35,677 nt of DNA, taken from contig CAYVOE010000001.1 in NCBI GenBank assembly GCA_964452795.1, forward strand, positions 1-35,677. The letters are read 5' to 3'. Both the position numbers and the translations under genes were made by a program. The stretch comes from an uncultured Nitrospiraceae bacterium. Lineage in GTDB: Bacteria > Hydrogenedentota > Hydrogenedentia > Hydrogenedentales > SLHB01. Below the pieces are notes generated by a model. That model was not told where the DNA came from. It was given only the letters and a program-made list of their open reading frames with translations, and searched no databases. Positions 16,239 through 24,664 of the stretch are shown in pieces. Position 1 is the stretch's first letter. Each line of letters opens with the position of its first letter.

Positions 16239-16691
16239 TCAGTCGGGGTAGGGTTCGTCCATACGGGCGGGCTGGCGGGGTTCGGTGCCGGCGGGATGCT
16301 CGGCGGTCGCAGCGGCGGCCGCACCGGAACCGGATGCGGAGGAGGCCGCGACTTCAGCGGGCGTCTCATCCGCGGATTCGGCGTTCGCTTCCACCGATTC
16401 CGTCTTCTCCTCGTCCTTGTCCTTCTTCTTGTCGTCCTTGGGCTCGGTGGCGACGGCCAGGGCCAGCGATTCGACGTAATCCTCGGGATTGTAGCGCGAC
16501 AGCTCCCGGAGCTCCTTCTTTACCGGCGCCAGCTCGCGCGTGATCTCGTGCATCATCTCGTCTTTGTAGCGCCGGAAATCGCGGTAGGTGTGCATGATCA
16601 CCTTGGCGAAAACGGGGAATCGCTCGGGCCCGAGGAAGAGCAGGGCCACCCCCATGATGATGATCAGTTCGCCAATGCCGATGTTGAACAT
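16239..16691 (-). CDS. Twin-arginine translocase TatA/TatB-family subunit (TatB-like by length, 150 aa)
   Basis: The N-terminus MFNIGIGELIIIMGVALLFLGPERFPVFAKVIMHTYRDFRRYKDE shows a TM helix, a GP hinge and an amphipathic helix. The C-terminal tail is long and acidic. Confidence 0.85.
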   Translation of the reverse strand: MFNIGIGELIIIMGVALLFLGPERFPVFAKVIMHTYRDFRRYKDEMMHEITRELAPVKKELRELSRYNPEDYVESLALAVATEPKDDKKKDKDEEKTESVEANAESADETPAEVAASSASGSGAAAAATAEHPAGTEPRQPARMDEPYPD

Positions 16692-16714
16692 GGTATCAAT
16701 CCCTTCTTCGCCGG

Positions 16715-16951
16715 CTACTCGAGCCGTCCCGCGAAGATCGTCCCGAGAACGTAGGCCCAGACCAGCAGTACCGTGATGATCACCGCCAAAATCAGGTCCC
16801 GGGCCTCGTAGCGGGAAACGTCGGACCGCGACCGGCCCATTTCCCGGCCCTGGCGGGCCACAGCCTTGAGGGCCGCGACCGACCGCACGCGCCCGACGGC
16901 GATGGCCACAACGGCCAGGAGCAGGAGGGTCTTGCCGAGACCGATTTGCAT
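16715..16951 (-). CDS. Small two-TM membrane protein (78 aa) between tatC and the TatB-like gene; N-terminus faintly TatA-like
   Basis: ATG at 16951 with a GGAGAGGG RBS about 9 nt upstream. The product is MQIGLGKTLLLLAVVAIAVGRVRSVAALKAVARQGREM...LILAVIITVLLVWAYVLGTIFAG. The track start at 16960 is a GTG abutting the RBS. Confidence 0.55.
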   Translation of the reverse strand: MQIGLGKTLLLLAVVAIAVGRVRSVAALKAVARQGREMGRSRSDVSRYEARDLILAVIITVLLVWAYVLGTIFAGRLE

Positions 16952-16978
16952 GAAAAACACCCTCTCCCTCGGGGCCGT

Positions 16979-17323
16979 CTAGTGGCGGCCGATCAAGAAG
17001 GGGCCTCCGCGGGGGAAATCGCCTCCCTGAAACATGATCCAGACCAGCAGGGCCGTGAGCACGACGACCAGCACGGCGCCCGTCGCCCAGAGCCGTTGCC
17101 GCCGCTGCTGCGCTTCCGCCTCCTTGAGTGCGTCCCGCTTGCGCGCGCGCATCTCCTCTTCCAGGCGGCGCTTGAACTCTTCCCGGCGCTGGCGCAGGGC
17201 CTCCCAGGGGCAGGCGATCCCGACCAGCAGGGGCGTCAGCTTGCTCGTTCCGATGAGCGCCAGGATCGCCAGCGCAATGACCAGGATGTCGCGCGTATCG
17301 AATCCGGCGTGCTGCACTTCCAT
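16979..17323 (-). CDS. Membrane protein (114 aa): two hydrophobic segments flanking a charged coiled-coil-like segment
   Basis: ATG at 17323 directly preceded by GGAGGGA. The product is MEVQHAGFDTRDILVIALAILALIGTSKLTPLLVGIA...RQRREEFKRRLEEEMRARKRDALKEAEAQQRRQR...GAVLVVVLTALLVWIMF. It begins 23 nt after the tatC stop codon. Confidence 0.55.
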   Translation of the reverse strand: MEVQHAGFDTRDILVIALAILALIGTSKLTPLLVGIACPWEALRQRREEFKRRLEEEMRARKRDALKEAEAQQRRQRLWATGAVLVVVLTALLVWIMFQGGDFPRGGPFLIGRH

Positions 17324-17345
17324 TCCCTCCGCGGCCCGAAGACGC

Positions 17346-18098
17346 TTAGGGGGCCTCGGCGGCGCTCTTCCGCCTGCGCCAGACAATAAGATACGAAAGC
17401 CAGATGCTCGCCTCGTACAACAAGTAGAGAGGCACGAACATCATGCCCATGGAGAAGAGATCGGGTCCCGGCGTGAGGACCGCGGCCGCGATGGCCATGA
17501 GCACGATGGCGAAACGCCGGTGCTTCTTGAGCGCCGCCGGCGTCAACAGGCCCAGATAGACCAGCACGAAGACGACCATGGGGAACTGGAACGCGATGGC
17601 GAAGCCCAGCATGAACTTGATGATGATCGCCACCGTCTCGTTCATGCGCAGCTCGTCGACCTGCACGGACTGGGGCGCCCAGGCGATGATCATGGGCAGG
17701 AACTGGGGCAGCACCTCGAAATAGGCCAGCACGATCCCCGCCAGGGCCAGGCCGCCTCCGCCGAAGATGAAGAAGTGGACCACGCGCCGCTCCGTGGGCT
17801 TCAACCCCGGAAAAATGAAGGCGCAGACTTCATAGACGATGATGGGGAGGCAGATGAACAGGGCCGCGTACAGGGCGAGTTGCAGCTTGACCCACACCGC
17901 CTCCAGCGGGTTCAACACCTGAATCTGGATGCCCTCGGTGTTGACCACGAGAGGACGGATCAGCAACTCGAAAAGCTGGTTCGAGAACGCATAACACACG
18001 AAGAAGCTGATGATTACCACGATAACGGAGATCATCAGGCGCTGACGGAGTTCCGCCAGGTGCTCCGTGAAGGTCATACGCGCGTCGTCTTTGCGCAA
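17346..18098 (-). CDS. tatC: Twin-arginine translocase subunit TatC
   Basis: The protein contains MTFTEHLAELRQRLMISVIVVIISFFVCYAF...PGLKPTERR... and has a six-TM layout. The start is either the TTG at 18098 or the ATG at 18077. Confidence 0.93.
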   Translation of the reverse strand: MRKDDARMTFTEHLAELRQRLMISVIVVIISFFVCYAFSNQLFELLIRPLVVNTEGIQIQVLNPLEAVWVKLQLALYAALFICLPIIVYEVCAFIFPGLKPTERRVVHFFIFGGGGLALAGIVLAYFEVLPQFLPMIIAWAPQSVQVDELRMNETVAIIIKFMLGFAIAFQFPMVVFVLVYLGLLTPAALKKHRRFAIVLMAIAAAVLTPGPDLFSMGMMFVPLYLLYEASIWLSYLIVWRRRKSAAEAP

Positions 18099-18216
18099 GT
18101 GCCCACCTCATGCTTCAGGCCCGAACGAAATCAATAAAGCCTATTCAGAAATGGTACAGGTCCGGCCCCGAATACGCAAATCCCCGGCGGATCGGCACCG
18201 TCGGGGCGGATAGGCC

Positions 18217-18609
18217 CTACGTGGAGGAAAGCGAACGGCTTCCGTCGGGTCGAGTCACGGCCTGCGCCACCAGGGTCGGCGCCGCCTCTTCCGATTCCGC
18301 CTCCGCCAGAGCTTCGTCATAGGCGCCGTGGTTCCCGCTCTGAACCAGCTCCTTGAGCGCCTTGCCGGGCTTGAAGGTGGCCACCTTCTTCTGCTCGATG
18401 GGAACCTCCTGGCCCGTGCGGGGGTTCCGGCCCATGCGCGCGTCGCGCGTCTTCACTTCAAAGACACCAAAATTGCGTATCTCGAGGCGCTGCCCTTCCG
18501 CCAGCGATTCCGTAATGGCCTCGAGCGCCGCCTGAACCACGTCGGCCACCTCGTTCTGGGTATATCCCAAACGATCGGCCACTTCTATGACGAGTTCCCG
18601 CTTAGTCAC
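18217..18609 (-). CDS. HU/IHF-family DNA-binding protein with Ala/Glu-rich C-terminal extension
   Basis: GTG start at 18609 with an AAGGAGAGG RBS. The product begins MTKRELVIEVADRLGYTQNEVADVVQAALEAITESLAEGQRLEIRNFGVFEVKTRDARMGRNPRTGQEVPIEQKKVATFKPGKALKE. Confidence 0.9.
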   Translation of the reverse strand: MTKRELVIEVADRLGYTQNEVADVVQAALEAITESLAEGQRLEIRNFGVFEVKTRDARMGRNPRTGQEVPIEQKKVATFKPGKALKELVQSGNHGAYDEALAEAESEEAAPTLVAQAVTRPDGSRSLSST

Positions 18610-18689
18610 TCGATCCTCTCCTTATTCACCTTACGCACATCCTCGACACCCTCGCTCTCGGCGCGGAAAATCCCATCCAACCGGCGCGG

Positions 18690-19283
18690 CTACTGTCCGC
18701 CGCCGGGGAGGCTGATGCCGAAAGTCTGGTTGATGGCGTTGACGTATGTGCGGCGGATGGGGTTGTCGAAGGCGGATATGGCGCCCACCGCAACGATGAT
18801 GACCAGTATTACCGCCATGATCTTCTTGTTCTTGGAGGACATGCCGGCGCCCTGGGCCACGCTTTCGCCTTCCAGCATCACCCGCTCGCCGGCTTCCGCC
18901 CGGGCCTTCTTGTCTTCGATGCCGCCCAGGGTCTCGTTGATAGAGATGAACGCCCGGTGCCATTCGTTCTGCAGCTTCTTGATCGCCACTTCCGACTGCG
19001 AATAAATGGTCTCGAGGTTGGTGGCGCCGGCCACGATGTTCATGGCGTTGGCGTCGATATGGTAGTCGCCCTTGAGGCTTTCCTTCAGCACCTTGTGCTC
19101 GCGCGCCAGCTTGCTCTTGATCTTGAGGAACTCGTTCTCGAGCTGGGCCTTGTTCACGCCCGGGCTCGGGTAGGCGCTGAGGATTTGGTTGAACAGAAGC
19201 CAGTCATTCATGAACTCGCGGCACAGTTGGACATTCCGCTCCAGGGTGTCGATGATCTTCTGTTGTTTCTTGCTGCGTCCCAT
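18690..19283 (-). CDS. Hypothetical protein (197 aa) with C-terminal TM helix; first gene of the IHF-tat operon
   Basis: An ORF with ATG at 19283 and a GAGAGG RBS. A helical soluble region is followed by KKIMAVILVIIVAVGAISAF. I recognise no family. Confidence 0.65.
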   Translation of the reverse strand: MGRSKKQQKIIDTLERNVQLCREFMNDWLLFNQILSAYPSPGVNKAQLENEFLKIKSKLAREHKVLKESLKGDYHIDANAMNIVAGATNLETIYSQSEVAIKKLQNEWHRAFISINETLGGIEDKKARAEAGERVMLEGESVAQGAGMSSKNKKIMAVILVIIVAVGAISAFDNPIRRTYVNAINQTFGISLPGGGQ

Positions 19284-19333
19284 TACCGCCGCCTCTCTAC
19301 CTGGTTGGTGATGCGCTCCCCAAAAAACGGCTC

Positions 19334-19362
19334 AATCTAGCACATCCATAGGGCAAAGTCAA
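19334..19362 (-). promoter_or_regulatory. Near-consensus sigma70-type promoter for the 18690..19283 gene and downstream operon
   Basis: Minus strand: TTGACT (19362..19357), 17-nt spacer, TAGATT (19339..19334), about 45 nt upstream of the ATG at 19283. Confidence 0.6.
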
Positions 19363-19414
19363 CCGTTGATTCCTGCTAAGTCATACGCCGGAAAGCGTTT
19401 ATAGCGTACAGCAC

Positions 19415-19448
19415 GAAAAGCGCGGACCGAAAACCGGCCCGGCCCGCG
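19415..19448 (-). terminator. Terminator after the alpha/beta-hydrolase gene
   Basis: Minus strand: CGCGGGCCG (19448..19440) pairs with CGGTCCGCG (19429..19421), including one G-U pair. CTTTTCG follows. Confidence 0.5.
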
Positions 19449-19452
19449 GCCC

Positions 19453-20568
19453 TCAACGGGGTCCCCGCTCCGGACGCAGGTGGGGCCGCACAAAATCGTA
19501 GGCCCCATCCCCCCGGAACTCGTGGCCGCCGTCGAACTCCACATAGACAAAGCGGTCTTCGAGGCCCAGCTCCCGCCAGGGACGCCCCGCCGCTTCAACC
19601 TGGCTGCGCGCCCCCTCGATATTGAACAAGGCGTCGTTCACGCCCACCTCGATCATCAGCGGACGGGGACAGATCAGCGCGCAGACCTCGGCATCGGTGA
19701 ATTCGTTGAGATAGTTGAAAAAAGACCAGTCGTCCCGCGAATACAGTTTCCGGTCGTTGAAGAAGCACGAGCTCACGCCCACGCGGATCCGCGGATCAAG
19801 GGCCGTGGCGTACTGGGTGTACAGCCCGCCGTAGGACAGGCCCATCATGCCGACCCGCTCCGGGTCCACCTCCGGCCGCTCCAGCACGGCGTCGAGGCCC
19901 CGCTGGAGCTTGTACAGCTCCACCGCCAGGATCGACGTCCCGACGTTTCGAAGCATCTTGTCCAGTTCCTGCCGGTCGGGTCCCTTGATCTCCTCGTTGC
20001 CGCCGATGCGAAAGATGAGGCCGGGCGACCACGTCACGTAGCCCTCCTGGAGGGCCCGCTGCACCATCCAGCCGTAGTTCGCCGTGCTCTTCTCAAAGGG
20101 CACGATGATCTCCGGGCTCCCCCCGCCGCCGTGCTGGCAGATGAGCAGAGGCGCCGGCTCGGTCAGGCCGTGGGGAATGCTGAGGATCCCGTAGACCTCC
20201 ACGCCCTCGAGCACTTCGCGGTACATGCGGTAGACGTCGGCGAAGGCGTCGGACGCCACCCGCTCGAAACGCGGCTCGGCGTCGGCTTTCGGCAACGGCG
20301 GCGGGAATCCGATGCGCTCGTGGATGTGCCGGCGCAGGGGGCCCAGGGATTCCGTGTAGGCCGCTTCCGACGAGTAGTCGAAATCCCAGACTCCGGACCG
20401 TTGCTCGTCGCTGCGCTCTTTCAGCCGCTCCGCGTAGCGCCGGATCTGGTCGAACTGCTCCTGGCGGATGGGTCGGGACGCGGCGATGTCCTCGGTGTGC
20501 CGCCCGGGATACGGCTCCGTATCCGACACCTGTGCTAGCACACTTACAAGAGTGACTATCGCAATCAT
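19453..20568 (-). CDS. Secreted alpha/beta-hydrolase (esterase; dienelactone hydrolase/acetyl-xylan-esterase-like)
   Basis: ATG at 20568 with a GGAGG RBS 9 nt upstream. The signal-like N-terminus is MIAIVTLVSVLAQVS. The nucleophile elbow is MGLSYGG, and a C-terminal GGHEF supplies a His. The track ORF to 20682 is an over-extension. Confidence 0.8.
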   Translation of the reverse strand: MIAIVTLVSVLAQVSDTEPYPGRHTEDIAASRPIRQEQFDQIRRYAERLKERSDEQRSGVWDFDYSSEAAYTESLGPLRRHIHERIGFPPPLPKADAEPRFERVASDAFADVYRMYREVLEGVEVYGILSIPHGLTEPAPLLICQHGGGGSPEIIVPFEKSTANYGWMVQRALQEGYVTWSPGLIFRIGGNEEIKGPDRQELDKMLRNVGTSILAVELYKLQRGLDAVLERPEVDPERVGMMGLSYGGLYTQYATALDPRIRVGVSSCFFNDRKLYSRDDWSFFNYLNEFTDAEVCALICPRPLMIEVGVNDALFNIEGARSQVEAAGRPWRELGLEDRFVYVEFDGGHEFRGDGAYDFVRPHLRPERGPR

Positions 20569-20694
20569 ACCCCGGCCTCCTGCCACTGCCGACCCGAACC
20601 CCCACCATAGGGGAAATGGGCGCGAAAAGTAAAGCGTTCCGATGGTCCGAAGCTGGTTCGGCGAAAATGAGAGTAATGACATTTCTGCGAGATC

Positions 20695-20724
20695 TTGACA
20701 GATTCCCGTCTTCCGCGCTATGCT
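20695..20724 (+). promoter_or_regulatory. Candidate promoter for the cold-shock gene (long 5' UTR)
   Basis: TTGACA (20695..20700), 18-nt spacer, TATGCT (20719..20724). It leaves about 110 nt of leader before the csp start. Confidence 0.5.
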
Positions 20725-20841
20725 GTCGTCGGCCTAAGCTTTGCGCCCCTGGGTGTCAGCAGGTGCACGGGCCTCGTTTTCGGATTCTTGACACGGACGG
20801 TCGCGCAAAGAGGAGATGTGGGTGTGGCTTCGGAAACTCAG

Positions 20842-21048
20842 ATGCAGCACGGAAAGGTGAAGTGGTTCAACGAGCAGAAGGGGTACGGCTTCATCACCAG
20901 CGACAGCAGCGGAGACGTGTTCGTCCACCATACGGCGATTGTCATGGAAGGGTTCCGTACCCTCAAGGAAGGCGAAGACGTTAACTTCGAGGTGACGCAG
21001 GGCCCCAAAGGCCCCCAGGCCATGAACGTTCGGCGCGACCAGTCCTAA
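20842..21048 (+). CDS. Cold-shock protein (CspA family, CSD)
   Basis: The product is [63 protein letters not shown], with the RNP1 (KGYGFI) and RNP2 (VFVHH) motifs. An alternative GTG start at 20824 has an AGGAG RBS. Confidence 0.93.
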   Translation: MQHGKVKWFNEQKGYGFITSDSSGDVFVHHTAIVMEGFRTLKEGEDVNFEVTQGPKGPQAMNVRRDQS

Positions 21049-21435
21049 ACGTTTCGCCGAGCGCGCATCCGGAGTGGGCCGGACTGTTCGGCTTGCCGCG
21101 GTGACGGGCGACGCGCCCGGAGGTCCGCGAACCGAGGGTGGTCTTTTGTGGCGGTCTCCGCCTCCTTTCCGAATACTTCCCGAGCGCCCTTGACCGGCCC
21201 GCCGTGCTCGCTCCGAATCGGGGTCGGCACGGAGCAATGGGAACGGCGGAAAGCTCCATTCCTCGCGCGCGGCCCCTCAACCCGCGCGGAACCACGTTCG
21301 GGGTGTAACGAACACGCGGAGGGAAGGTAGAATGGCCGAGGGTCTCGGGCCTGCCCCCCTCGCCTTTTCTCCTTCCCGGCACCGCGGCCCTCGTCGTCCG
21401 GGTTTGTGTCCCATGGCCCATGGGAGGCTTCGGTC

Positions 21436-24228
21436 ATGCGCACCCTCGGTCCGCTCTTCCTGATCCTCACGCTCCTGACGCTGACGGCCTGTCCCCGTTC
21501 GAACCGATCCGAATTCACCAGCGCCGACATCCGCGGGGGCGACCGTGTCTGGAGTTTGCCGGGCGCCTTCGTGGACGACATGCTTCAGGAAGGCGAAGCC
21601 GCCGCGGGCGGGGATATCCGGGAAATTGTGGAGCCCGACGTTGTGCGGCGCGACGGCTCCATCCTCTACGTCCTCAACCAGTACCGCGGCCTCACCCTCA
21701 TCGATCTCGACAGGGAGACCGTCCTGTCGCGGGTGCCCACGCTCGGGTTTCCTCGGGACCTCTACGTACGGGGGTCGCGGGCCTACGTGCTGTCCGCCCA
21801 GGGCGGCGCCTTCGTGACCCTCGACGCCGTTGCCGGGTACTCCGTCGATACGCGCCTCTACGTGGTGGACATCGGCGACCCGGAAGAGGCGGAAATACTC
21901 GCGGCCCTGGACCTCGGAGGCGATTTGGTGGACAGCCGGCTCGTGGGCGACGTGTTGTACGCCGTGGGCGCGGACTACCAATGGAGCTGGATCGAGGACG
22001 GCGGCGGCGCGGGCGCCGGCGACCCGGGCGGAGTGGAAGGCTCGCCCGGCCGATTCGTCAAAGGCGCCGGCACGGGCGGTTCCTGGATCACCAGCGTCCA
22101 AGTGGGCGATCCGCTCAACGTTCATATTGCGGACACGCTCTCCTTCGGAGATCCCGGCACCGTGATCCACGCCACCTCGGAGGCCGTCTTCGTGGCGTCG
22201 CCGGAATGGACCACCGGCGGCACCGTTCTGACCTACGTGGACATCGGCGATCCGGCGGGGACCCTGGCGGTCCGGGGATCGGCGCGCGTGCCGGGCACGG
22301 TGTCGGACCGGTTCAAGCTCGACGCCTGGAACGGGGTCCTCCGGGTGGTGTCCAACGCCTGGGAGGCCGAGCGACGGGTCTATGTGACAACCTTCGACCT
22401 CGCCAACCCCGACGCACCGATTCAACTGGGCCAGCGCGAGCTCGAAAGCGCCCGAGGCGACACCCTCTTCGCCACGCGCTTCGACGGCGACAAGGCCTAC
22501 GCGGTCACCTACTTCTTGGTGGATCCTCTGTACGTGCTGGACCTGTCGGACCCGACGGATCCGAAGATCGCCGGGGAATTGGAAGTGCCGGGTTGGTCCA
22601 CCCATATCGAGCCCCGGGGAGACCGCCTCATCGCCCTGGGCGTGGACGACACCCAGGGACGCCGGGTGAGCGTGAGCCTCTTCGACGTGTCCGACCCCGC
22701 TCGGCCCGCCCTTATTAAACGCGTCAGCTTCGGCGACGACTGGGCGTGGTCCACGGCATACGAGGACGTCAAGGCCTTCACGGTGCTCGACGGACTCCTG
22801 GCCGTGCCGTTCTCGGGGTGGAACGACGGCGTCGGCGGATACGACCGGCTCCAGTTCCTCACCTTCACCCCCGACGACCTCGCGGTGCGGGGGTACGTGG
22901 ATCTCCGCGGCGGCGCGCGGCGCACGCTCGAATACGGCGAAGCCCATTACGTGGTGACGTCCGAAGAGCTGGCCACCCTGGATGTGTCCGATCCGGATAA
23001 GCCCCGGGTGACCCACCGGCTGGCCCTGGCGGAGAACGTGGTGGATTACGTCGAACTGTCGCCCGACGTCGGCGTCGAGGTCATCGCCGCCGGAGACGGG
23101 ACCACCGTCGTGCGGACCGTGGGGACGGTCTCCGGAAGCGCCCGGGTGAACGTCGGCTCCGTGGTCCAGGCCCTGGCCTACGGCGACTCGGCGGTCCTCG
23201 TGGGGACGGCCTACGACTCCGGCCCGGCCTTCGCCCCCCTCGCCGACGGTTTCTACAAAGTGGTTGTCGTGGACTGCTCCGACCCGGCTGCGCCCCAGGC
23301 CGGTCCGGTGCGGAACGTCGATTTCCGCCCGTACTTCAACTATTTCCCCCTGTATTACGACGCCGTTCGCCAGGACGTCGCCCTTCCGGGGGCCTTCGAC
23401 ATCGCTCCCTGGTGGATGCCCGGCACGCCCCAGGAGACCGTGTTCCGCATCGGAAACGTCCTCCTGCTGCGCGGCCACAGCAACGCGTACGACCGAACCG
23501 TCGGCGGCGGCGCGGCCGGCGAGGGACTCGTCGGGATCAATCTCGACACGGGAGCGATCCTGCCGAAGCTGGGCCTGGGAATTCCGGGAATCGTGTCGGT
23601 GAGCGCCGCGGGCGACCGGCTCGTCGTGAGCAGCCGCGTGGAAGCCGGTTTCAGCGCCGGCCGGCCCGTATGCGCCTACTACGTCACGTCCGTCGATCCC
23701 CTGACGCCCCAGGCCGGGCCCACGGTGAACGTGCCCGGCACGGTGGTGCAGTACGACCGCGCCTCCGACGTGCTGGTGTTGCGCGACGACCAGTGGGACA
23801 GCGGATACGCCCTGGATTCCTTCCTGCGGACCGTTCGCTGGGACGAGGCGAACGCCGTGACGGTCCTCGACGACCTGTCCCTGCCCCGGGGAACCGGGGC
23901 CGTCCTCGGCCGGGGCGCCCGCATGTTTCTCGACGTCTACGGCGCCGACTACCGCGTCTACGGCGTCGCCGTGCCCGATTCCGGCCAACTGGCGCTCGGC
24001 GGCGGCGCGACGGTGGAGTCGTTCCCCGGCTCCCTGCTCGACGGACGCGGCGACAGCGCGTATGTGGCCACGGGATCGAACCGGGTGACGCGGTACGTCT
24101 TCGACGGCTCCGGAACCCCGGCCGAATCCGTCGAGGTCATGGCCCTGCCGCAGCGGGTTCGCTTCGGAGACGATACGGCGTACCTGGTCCTGGGGTACGC
24201 GGGCGTCGCGACCCTGCCCGCTCCTTAG
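21436..24228 (+). CDS. Lipoprotein with beta-propeller domain (secreted 'Beta_propel'-type family), 930 aa
   Basis: ATG at 21436 with a GGGAGG RBS 8 nt upstream. The lipobox is MRTLGPLFLILTLLTLTAC. Family-typical blocks are EIVEPDVVRRDGSILYVLN and ATRFDGDKAYAVTYFLVDPLYVLDLSDPTDPKIAGELEVPGWSTHIEPRGDRLIALG. Confidence 0.85.
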   Translation: MRTLGPLFLILTLLTLTACPRSNRSEFTSADIRGGDRVWSLPGAFVDDMLQEGEAAAGGDIREIVEPDVVRRDGSILYVLNQYRGLTLIDLDRETVLSRVPTLGFPRDLYVRGSRAYVLSAQGGAFVTLDAVAGYSVDTRLYVVDIGDPEEAEILAALDLGGDLVDSRLVGDVLYAVGADYQWSWIEDGGGAGAGDPGGVEGSPGRFVKGAGTGGSWITSVQVGDPLNVHIADTLSFGDPGTVIHATSEAVFVASPEWTTGGTVLTYVDIGDPAGTLAVRGSARVPGTVSDRFKLDAWNGVLRVVSNAWEAERRVYVTTFDLANPDAPIQLGQRELESARGDTLFATRFDGDKAYAVTYFLVDPLYVLDLSDPTDPKIAGELEVPGWSTHIEPRGDRLIALGVDDTQGRRVSVSLFDVSDPARPALIKRVSFGDDWAWSTAYEDVKAFTVLDGLLAVPFSGWNDGVGGYDRLQFLTFTPDDLAVRGYVDLRGGARRTLEYGEAHYVVTSEELATLDVSDPDKPRVTHRLALAENVVDYVELSPDVGVEVIAAGDGTTVVRTVGTVSGSARVNVGSVVQALAYGDSAVLVGTAYDSGPAFAPLADGFYKVVVVDCSDPAAPQAGPVRNVDFRPYFNYFPLYYDAVRQDVALPGAFDIAPWWMPGTPQETVFRIGNVLLLRGHSNAYDRTVGGGAAGEGLVGINLDTGAILPKLGLGIPGIVSVSAAGDRLVVSSRVEAGFSAGRPVCAYYVTSVDPLTPQAGPTVNVPGTVVQYDRASDVLVLRDDQWDSGYALDSFLRTVRWDEANAVTVLDDLSLPRGTGAVLGRGARMFLDVYGADYRVYGVAVPDSGQLALGGGATVESFPGSLLDGRGDSAYVATGSNRVTRYVFDGSGTPAESVEVMALPQRVRFGDDTAYLVLGYAGVATLPAP

Positions 24229-24283
24229 ACAGCGTCGCTCTCAAGAAGTTTGTGTGCGGGGGTCTTGCCCGAGAAGGTCCGTG

Positions 24284-24469
24284 CTATTCGGCCGCCCAGA
24301 ACCGGGCCCGGCTGCCGCCGGTTGCGGCCTTGATGTGGACGCGGGCGGCGCACCGCGGACAGGCTCCCGTGTAGGCGGTGCCTTCGCGATTGAGATAAAT
24401 GCGGAGGTAAATGTGGCAACAGCGAAACAGCATTCCGATGTAAGGGCGTGGCGCCGGCATCGCGCTCAT
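24284..24469 (-). CDS. Small Cys-rich (CC...CxxC) zinc-ribbon-like protein, 61 aa
   Basis: ATG at 24469 with a GGGAGG RBS. The product is MSAMPAPRPYIGMLFRCCHIYLRIYLNREGTAYTGACPRCAARVHIKAATGGSRARFWAAE. It is the last gene of the pilT operon. Confidence 0.55.
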   Translation of the reverse strand: MSAMPAPRPYIGMLFRCCHIYLRIYLNREGTAYTGACPRCAARVHIKAATGGSRARFWAAE

Positions 24470-24495
24470 GGTCCTCCCTTTCCGCCGAAGTGTCC

Positions 24496-24660
24496 CTATG
24501 CAGCTTCCCGCCGGGTCTCGGACGGGACGGGTTCGTCCGCGACCGGACGCAGGCGCCGGACGGCGGCCCAATTCTCGGCATAGCTCCAGCCCACCCAGAC
24601 CGCACCGGCCGCCACGGAACCGATTATCAACGATAGCACAATCATGGCGAAGGATGCCAC
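24496..24660 (-). CDS. Mini membrane protein (54 aa, single TM)
   Basis: The GTG at 24660 lies 4 nt after the upstream stop codon, with a GGGGGA RBS 8 nt upstream. The product is (V)ASFAMIVLSLIIGSVAAGAVWVGWSYAENW.... An ATG at 24645 is an alternative start. Confidence 0.45.
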   Translation of the reverse strand: MASFAMIVLSLIIGSVAAGAVWVGWSYAENWAAVRRLRPVADEPVPSETRREAA

Positions 24661-24664
24661 TCGA

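Noticed and set aside
21277-23988. 903-aa minus-strand ORF opposite the beta-propeller lipoprotein gene.
   Set aside because: It is antisense to a gene with strong family-specific blocks. The translation has shadow-ORF composition (G/R/A/P/V-rich), no signal peptide and no recognisable motifs.
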